DNA of 64,000 nucleotides from Candidatus Sericytochromatia bacterium. Lineage in GTDB: Bacteria > Cyanobacteriota > Sericytochromatia > S15B-MN24 > UBA4093. How positions within the stretch are numbered: position 1 is the first letter of the stretch; each line of letters starts with the position of its first letter. The DNA lies in contig JAKFCT010000028.1 in NCBI GenBank assembly GCA_036676495.1, forward strand, positions 1 to 64,000. Direction: 5' to 3'. Below the pieces are notes generated by a model, which saw nothing but the letters and a program-made list of their open reading frames with translations, did not search any database and was not told the origin of the DNA. Below, piece by piece: positions 58,700-64,000 of this stretch. The position numbers and the translations under genes were made by a program.

Positions 58700-60187
58700 A
58701 TGCTCGATTTCATCGCCCAGCTCGCCGTGACGTTCCTGATGATCGTGCTCTACGCCGTGGTTTTCGTGCTGGTCTACGCCAAGGTCATGGGAGGCGCCTT
58801 CAACCGGGGAGCCAAGTTCGCTCCGGCCAAGGACGTGGGAAGCATCCGCTTCTCCGATGTGCTCGGGGTGGACGAGGCGAAGCTGGAAGCCCAGGAGATC
58901 GTGGACTTCCTCAAAAATGCGGGGGAGTACAAGCGGATCGGCGCCAAGATTCCCAAGGGGGTCTTGCTGGTGGGCCCTCCGGGGACGGGCAAGACGCTCT
59001 TGGCCAAGGCGATCGCCAACGAGGCGGGGGTTCCCTTCTACGCCCTTTCGGGCTCGGACTTCGTCGAGGTCTTCGTGGGAGTCGGCGCGAGCCGGATCCG
59101 CAAGCTCTACGCCAAGGCCCGCAAGCACCCGGCGGCCATCGTCTTCATCGACGAGATCGACGCGCTGGGCCGGACCCGCTCCAGCGGCATGTTCGGCAGC
59201 CAGGAGTCCAATCAGACCCTCAACCAGTTCCTGGTCGAACTCGACGGCTTCTCGCGGGGCGGCAACGTCATCACCATCGCCGCGACCAACCTCGAGGAGA
59301 GCCTGGACGCCGCCCTCCTGCGCCCCGGGCGCTTCGATCGCAAGCTCCACATCGGGCTGCCCGACCTCAAGGGGCGCGAGGCGCTGCTGAGCCACTACTC
59401 CCGCAAGATCCAGGTGGAGGACGGGCTCGACATCCAGGCCCTGGCACGGGCGTCGGTCTCCATGAGCGGCGCGGATCTCGCCAACATGGTCAACGAGGCC
59501 AGCATCCTGGCCGTGCGGGCCGGCCGGACGAAGGCGAGCAAGCAGGATTTCGACAAAGCCATCGAGCGGCTCGGCCTCGGACTCGAGCACTCCCAGACCC
59601 TCACCGCCCGCGAGCGGGAGATCGTGGCCTACCACGAGGCGGGCCATGCCCTGGTGAATCTCTACCTGCAACCCCATAAGCGGTTGCACAAGGTTTCCAT
59701 CATCCCGACGGGGCGCAGCGCTCTCGGCTATACCTGGGCCGTGAACGTGGAGGACCGGTACTTGGTGGGGTGTGACGAGTACCGATCCGAGATCATCGCC
59801 TTGCTGGGAGGACGGGCCGCCGAAGCGCTCGTGTTTGGAGAGGTGACGAGTGGGGCGCATTCCGATTTGAAGCGCGCCACGAAACTTGCCGAGCTCATGG
59901 TGTGGGAGCTCGGCATGACGAGCGCAGGCGTGCCCGCCAATTACAAGGAGATGTCCCTCTCGGAAGGGACCCGGCTCCGGCTGGATCAGGATCTCGAAGG
60001 GCTCTTGACGGCCTCGTACCAGCAGGCGCAGGAGTTGCTCGAGCGCAAGCGGCCAGAGCTCGATCGGCTGGCCCAAGGGCTCCTGGCCCATGAGGTGCTC
60101 TACGAGGCAGATATCCAGCGGGTCATCCGCGGAGGAGGGCCGGAGGCCGGCATGCGGCCGCGACCGGGCCGAGAGTGGATCGCCTGA
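58700..60187 (+). CDS. ftsH: FtsH-family ATP-dependent zinc metalloprotease (short paralogue)
   Basis: GPPGTGKT, FVGVG pore loop, FIDEID, LLRPGRFDR, HEAGH, GGRAAE; single N-terminal TM. Confidence 0.85.
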   Translation: MLDFIAQLAVTFLMIVLYAVVFVLVYAKVMGGAFNRGAKFAPAKDVGSIRFSDVLGVDEAKLEAQEIVDFLKNAGEYKRIGAKIPKGVLLVGPPGTGKTLLAKAIANEAGVPFYALSGSDFVEVFVGVGASRIRKLYAKARKHPAAIVFIDEIDALGRTRSSGMFGSQESNQTLNQFLVELDGFSRGGNVITIAATNLEESLDAALLRPGRFDRKLHIGLPDLKGREALLSHYSRKIQVEDGLDIQALARASVSMSGADLANMVNEASILAVRAGRTKASKQDFDKAIERLGLGLEHSQTLTAREREIVAYHEAGHALVNLYLQPHKRLHKVSIIPTGRSALGYTWAVNVEDRYLVGCDEYRSEIIALLGGRAAEALVFGEVTSGAHSDLKRATKLAELMVWELGMTSAGVPANYKEMSLSEGTRLRLDQDLEGLLTASYQQAQELLERKRPELDRLAQGLLAHEVLYEADIQRVIRGGGPEAGMRPRPGREWIA

Positions 60188-61288
60188 TTACTCGAAAAGC
60201 AAGGTCTCATCACCCTCGGCGAATCGCAGGACCAGGGCTCCGTCCGTGCGCTTCACCAGGGTGGCGAGCGTTTCTCCCGTCTTGGTGACGACCGAACCGG
60301 CTTGCACCTGCATGCCCGGGCGAATCGAGAGGACCAGGAAGCGCTCCAGCGGAAGGCTCACGCGCATCTCGGCCAGGTTCTTGCCGAAGTCGTAGACGTA
60401 CGTCAGGGGCCTGGCCTCGCGGCTTTCGGCCTTCCAGGTCCCAAGGCCAACCCCGTTGCCCGACACGTTCTTGTAGCTCAGGTCGAGCAGGGTTTCACCG
60501 AGCTGGATCCGCTCCTCGCCGACGGTGGGCAGGTCCACGCCACCGAACGTGGCGAAGGCGCTATGAGTCGCCTCGGCAGTCACGGGAAGGCCCCCGATCC
60601 GGTAGGAGGCCTTCGAGACGTAGCGTTGCGTCGGCTGGCCCATCGCGGCCGTGATCCAGACTTCGCTGGAGTACCCGTCGAGCACCGGGCTCTTGAGGAG
60701 CGAAATCTGGTAGTAGTTCGTGACGGGCCTTCCCCACGTGAAGGGGTCATCGCCCAGCTCCTCGAGGGTCACGGTCATCTTGCCGTGCACGAGGATCGCG
60801 TCATCGCTCACGTCGAAGCCCGAGGAGGCCGCATTGGGCTGCCGGGTGACGAAGGACTCGACGATCGTGTCTCCCTTGGCGGGGTCTCCGAGACGGTAGA
60901 GGTAGTTGCCGTCCGGCAATTGCTGCTCGTGGCTCGGCAAGGCCTCTCGCTGGGCGGCCACGCGGTAGGCGCCGCCCCCGTTGGAGATGAGGCCGCCCGT
61001 GTTATGGGCGACCAGGGGCGCGTTCTGAGTCAGGCCCGCCCCGTGATTGGAGAGGATCCCCGCCGAGTTGTCGGCGATGAGGGTCGCGGAGGTGAGGTTC
61101 ACCTGCTGGCGCGCCTGCTGCGTGGCGAGGAAGTCCCGGAAGACCTGGGTCATCTGGGTGCGGTCATCCGCGCTCAAGGAGGTGCGCTGTCCAGGGGCAT
61201 CCGAGTCTCGGTTCGAGCTTGCGATTGGAAAGTCACAGCCCGAAAGGGCGAGGCCCAACGCCAGCACGATCCCCCAACTCCACCGCAT
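60188..61288 (-). CDS. Lipoprotein with LISNxG-type short repeats
   Basis: Lipobox LSGC; LIADNSAGILSNHGAGL...LVAHNTGGLISNGGG. Confidence 0.7.
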   Translation of the reverse strand: MRWSWGIVLALGLALSGCDFPIASSNRDSDAPGQRTSLSADDRTQMTQVFRDFLATQQARQQVNLTSATLIADNSAGILSNHGAGLTQNAPLVAHNTGGLISNGGGAYRVAAQREALPSHEQQLPDGNYLYRLGDPAKGDTIVESFVTRQPNAASSGFDVSDDAILVHGKMTVTLEELGDDPFTWGRPVTNYYQISLLKSPVLDGYSSEVWITAAMGQPTQRYVSKASYRIGGLPVTAEATHSAFATFGGVDLPTVGEERIQLGETLLDLSYKNVSGNGVGLGTWKAESREARPLTYVYDFGKNLAEMRVSLPLERFLVLSIRPGMQVQAGSVVTKTGETLATLVKRTDGALVLRFAEGDETLLFE

Positions 61289-61347
61289 CCCTGCACCTCC
61301 CTCGACGGCTCGATGTCCCTTGCTGGTTAGCATACCCTTGCTTGGCG

Positions 61348-62757
61348 TTATCGAACCGGCTCGCGCCGGCTCACGACCTCGATGAGCAAGCGGCCGATCT
61401 CCGCGTTCTCCTGGGGCTTCCGCAGGCGCTCGAGAAGCGGAGCGGGACCTACCGCCCCGATCAGGACCGGCGAGGCGACGTGGCTGGAGGTGGTGAAGCC
61501 GAAGGGCAGCACGTGCTGCTCGCCCGCGGCGATCGCCGCGGTCTCGTGGTAGTTGAAGCTGCGCATCCAGGCCTTCTTGGCCGCCACCCGCTCCACCCAC
61601 TCGCGCTCGACGTCGATTCCCGCATGCGACTTGATGATCCGCTGCGCCTCCTCGATCGAGGTCGCCTTCGAGAGCTCCGGAAGCATCGAATCGAACGAGC
61701 GCTCCACCCGCTCGAGCACCGTCATCCCGTCCGGCGACGGGTAACGGATCGAGCGCGGGTTCTCAGGCTTCTGCTGCCCGATGACCGTGAAGCCGCCCGT
61801 GTCATGATCCGAAGTGACGACCAGGAGGGTGTCGGGGTGCTGCTTCTGGAACTCCCAGGCCTTGGCGATCGCGTCGTCGAAGGCGAGCAGCTCGGCGATC
61901 GCCGCGGCTCCGTCGTTGGAATGCAGAGCATGGTCGATCTTGCCGCCCTCGACCATCAGGAAGAAGCCCTTGGGATGGCGATCCAGGACGTCCAGCGCCT
62001 TCTGGGTCATCTCGGCCAGGGAAGGCTCGGTATCCTTGGGCTTGTCGACCTGATACGAGAGGTGGTCCATGTTGAAGAGGCCGAGGATCTTCTCGCTCTT
62101 GCTCTCCAGCAGCTCGTGGCGGGTCCGGACCACCTGGTAGCCCTTGTTCCATGCCTCGGAGACCAGGTCGCGGTCGTCCTTGCGGCGGCTTCCCGCGAGA
62201 TCCTTGGGCAGGAAGTGGCGCGCGCCCCCACCCAGGAGCAGATCGACGCCCGAATCCAGCTGCTGCGCGGCGATGGCGTTCTCCTCGTCGCGGTCGTTCT
62301 GCAACGCCGAGAAGGCCGCCGGAGTGGCGTGCGAGATCCGGGTGGTGGTCACCAGCCCCACGCGCTTGCCGTTCAGCTTGGCCGCCTCCGAGACGGTCAG
62401 GAGATCCTGGTCCTCGGGGCCCATGCCGATGTAGCCGTTCTTCGTCTTGACGCCGGTGGCCAGCGTGGTCGCCGCGGCCGCCGAGTCCGTGATCATGGAG
62501 TTCGCCGATCCCGTGAAGGCCAGGCCCATGGCCCCCTCCTGGTAGAGCCGGGTCAAGGTGAGCGAGCGGCCGCGCTGGGTCCGGGACGCCAGTTCGGCGG
62601 CCCCCACGATGGGCAGCCCCATGCCGTCGCCGATCATCAGGATGACGTTGCGAACGCCCGGAGCGGGGGCATCCGCCTGGGAGGCCGCCGGCAAGGGCCA
62701 GAAGCCCGTCGCCAACGTGAGTCCAAGTGCGAGGGAAAGCCAGGGGCGAATGCGCAT
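61348..62757 (-). CDS. phoA: Alkaline phosphatase
   Basis: NVILMIGDGMG, TDSAAAAT (catalytic Ser), HATPA, FFLMVEGGKIDHALH, TSDHDTGG; signal peptide. Confidence 0.92.
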   Translation of the reverse strand: MRIRPWLSLALGLTLATGFWPLPAASQADAPAPGVRNVILMIGDGMGLPIVGAAELASRTQRGRSLTLTRLYQEGAMGLAFTGSANSMITDSAAAATTLATGVKTKNGYIGMGPEDQDLLTVSEAAKLNGKRVGLVTTTRISHATPAAFSALQNDRDEENAIAAQQLDSGVDLLLGGGARHFLPKDLAGSRRKDDRDLVSEAWNKGYQVVRTRHELLESKSEKILGLFNMDHLSYQVDKPKDTEPSLAEMTQKALDVLDRHPKGFFLMVEGGKIDHALHSNDGAAAIAELLAFDDAIAKAWEFQKQHPDTLLVVTSDHDTGGFTVIGQQKPENPRSIRYPSPDGMTVLERVERSFDSMLPELSKATSIEEAQRIIKSHAGIDVEREWVERVAAKKAWMRSFNYHETAAIAAGEQHVLPFGFTTSSHVASPVLIGAVGPAPLLERLRKPQENAEIGRLLIEVVSRREPVR

Positions 62758-62780
62758 GGAATTAATTCTCCTAGACCATA

Positions 62781-62830
62781 CGTTGCTTCAGGACAGCTTC
62801 GCTGCCTTTCGCAACAGCCGCGGGCGCTTC
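62781..62830. repeat. Dispersed repeat, single 50-bp copy
   Basis: CGTTGCTTCAGGaCAGCTTCGCTGCCTTtCGCAACAGCCGCGGGCGCTTC; two mismatches to the 23561 unit. Confidence 0.9.
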
Positions 62831-64000
62831 AGAGCTCCGAGACGCGCTGCTGGAACGTCAAGTTCCACGTGCCGCCAGGCGGCAAATCGAGCTTCCAGTG
62901 CGGCATGAAGACCGAGCCTTGATATACCCGCTCGAATCCCGACTCGGACATCGAGACCGTCTCGATCGGGAAGCGCCAGACCGTCGTGGACTTGTTCCAG
63001 GAAAGCAGGAACTCGATGCCCTGGACCTCATCCCGAGCGCCCAGCGCCCCGAGGTCATGCAGCTCGCCCTTGGACGCCAGGTGCGGCTCGGCAATCTCGC
63101 GGCCCGGCGACACGTAGATCCGGTCGTCGGAATGACCCGCCAGCAGGTTGAACGCAAACTCGACGCCGAACCAGAGCGACACCGGCAGGTCCCGCCCATT
63201 CGTCACCGCGTATTCCACCTGGGCTGTCGGGCCAATCTTCGGCACCGTCACCTTCTTGGCGATCGAGACGGGCCAGAAGTCCGTCCCCACCCAGACATGG
63301 CCGTCGCGAGTAAGGGTCAGGCTCGTCCCGTTGGCATCGCGCTCAATGGTCGGGCGGTAGTGCTGGTTGACGAAATCCCCCTGCTCGCCGTAGGTCACGT
63401 TGTAGAAGGTCTCCAGCCGCGAGTCCGGGTGCAGGAAGTGATCGATGAAGGAGATCCGGCGGTACCAGTCATGGAAGACCAACCGCTCGAGGCCCGGCTC
63501 CTTGGCGAAGTAGAGCTCATGCAGCGAATGGGGGACCCGATCCCGGGGGGGGCCCTCGGAGGCCCCGGCAATCTTGTTATGGTAGGGCTCCGGGCGTCGC
63601 GCCAAGGTGTCGATCAGGTTGAACGCCTTGGGCTTGAAATCCAGCTCGAAGAGCGCACCGCCCTCCCGCCGGAAATAGAGGTTCTGGGACGCCGTCGAGA
63701 TGAGGATCTCGGGGGCCCCGTCGCAGTCGAAGTCCCGCTCGGAGATCTCGCAGAACTCCCGCCCCTCGTGAAGGATCCGGTCCGCGATGGTCTCGGCGTT
63801 CAGGAGGTTCTGGTAGCTGGTCGAGCGAAGATGGCTCAGGTACAAGCCCCCGAAGGTCCCGTGCCAGTAGGGGTCGTTGGTCTGCGCCTGATAAAGAGAG
63901 GTGACGGCCTCGTCGAGCGACTGGGAGGCTTCGGCTCCCAGCGCATGCGCCGGCACCGGGTTTTTGACCTCGCTGGCCGCGGCCACCTTGCTGGAGACCA
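62829..64000 (-). CDS. GH57 alpha-amylase/4-alpha-glucanotransferase (DUF1925/DUF1926), 3' part
   Basis: AQTNDPYWHGTFGGLYL.HLR, DTLARRPEPYH, SFIDHF, EQGDFVN, ETVSMSESGFERVYQG. Confidence 0.88.
   Translation of the reverse strand, partial: VSSKVAAASEVKNPVPAHALGAEASQSLDEAVTSLYQAQTNDPYWHGTFGGLYLSHLRSTSYQNLLNAETIADRILHEGREFCEISERDFDCDGAPEILISTASQNLYFRREGGALFELDFKPKAFNLIDTLARRPEPYHNKIAGASEGPPRDRVPHSLHELYFAKEPGLERLVFHDWYRRISFIDHFLHPDSRLETFYNVTYGEQGDFVNQHYRPTIERDANGTSLTLTRDGHVWVGTDFWPVSIAKKVTVPKIGPTAQVEYAVTNGRDLPVSLWFGVEFAFNLLAGHSDDRIYVSPGREIAEPHLASKGELHDLGALGARDEVQGIEFLLSWNKSTTVWRFPIETVSMSESGFERVYQGSVFMPHWKLDLPPGGTWNLTFQQRVSEL

Noticed and set aside
56915-62757. Pho regulon island (Na/Pi cotransporter plus phoA)
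   Set aside because: No Pho-box-like repeats seen upstream of either gene, and they are separated by unrelated genes.

Overview
GC-rich chromosomal window with about 55 protein genes and two tRNA genes (fMet, Asp). I found no transposase, integrase, prophage or CRISPR array. Recognisable housekeeping genes include clpC (5' fragment), hspR, polA, rsmI, hemB, glmS, mtaB, sodC, rlpA, prmA, trpCF, a sugar ABC importer, radA, ppc, an FtsH paralogue and phoA. Three clues suggest a relative of Cyanobacteria, possibly the non-photosynthetic Sericytochromatia (inference only): a cyanobacterial/plastid-type ClpC N-terminus, a TIGR03492-like gene, and LISNxG-type lipoprotein repeats. Signals the gene list does not explain: (1) a (bacterio)chlorophyll-synthase (ChlG/BchG)-like gene whose two catalytic acidic motifs are degenerate; (2) an ORF-less ~230-nt structured transcript unit at 15.05-15.35 kb with its own sigma70 promoter and terminator; (3) two unrelated proteins without signal peptides that share an N-terminal NWA..L..PV..DSLSL.PK leader and an identically spaced sigma28-like promoter, a candidate flagellar-export effector set; (4) a dispersed, nested intergenic repeat family with covarying stems; (5) an 11-bp-phased TTAA-N7-(T/A)TAA motif in several promoters. 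All family assignments come from motif recognition by eye; no searches were run.
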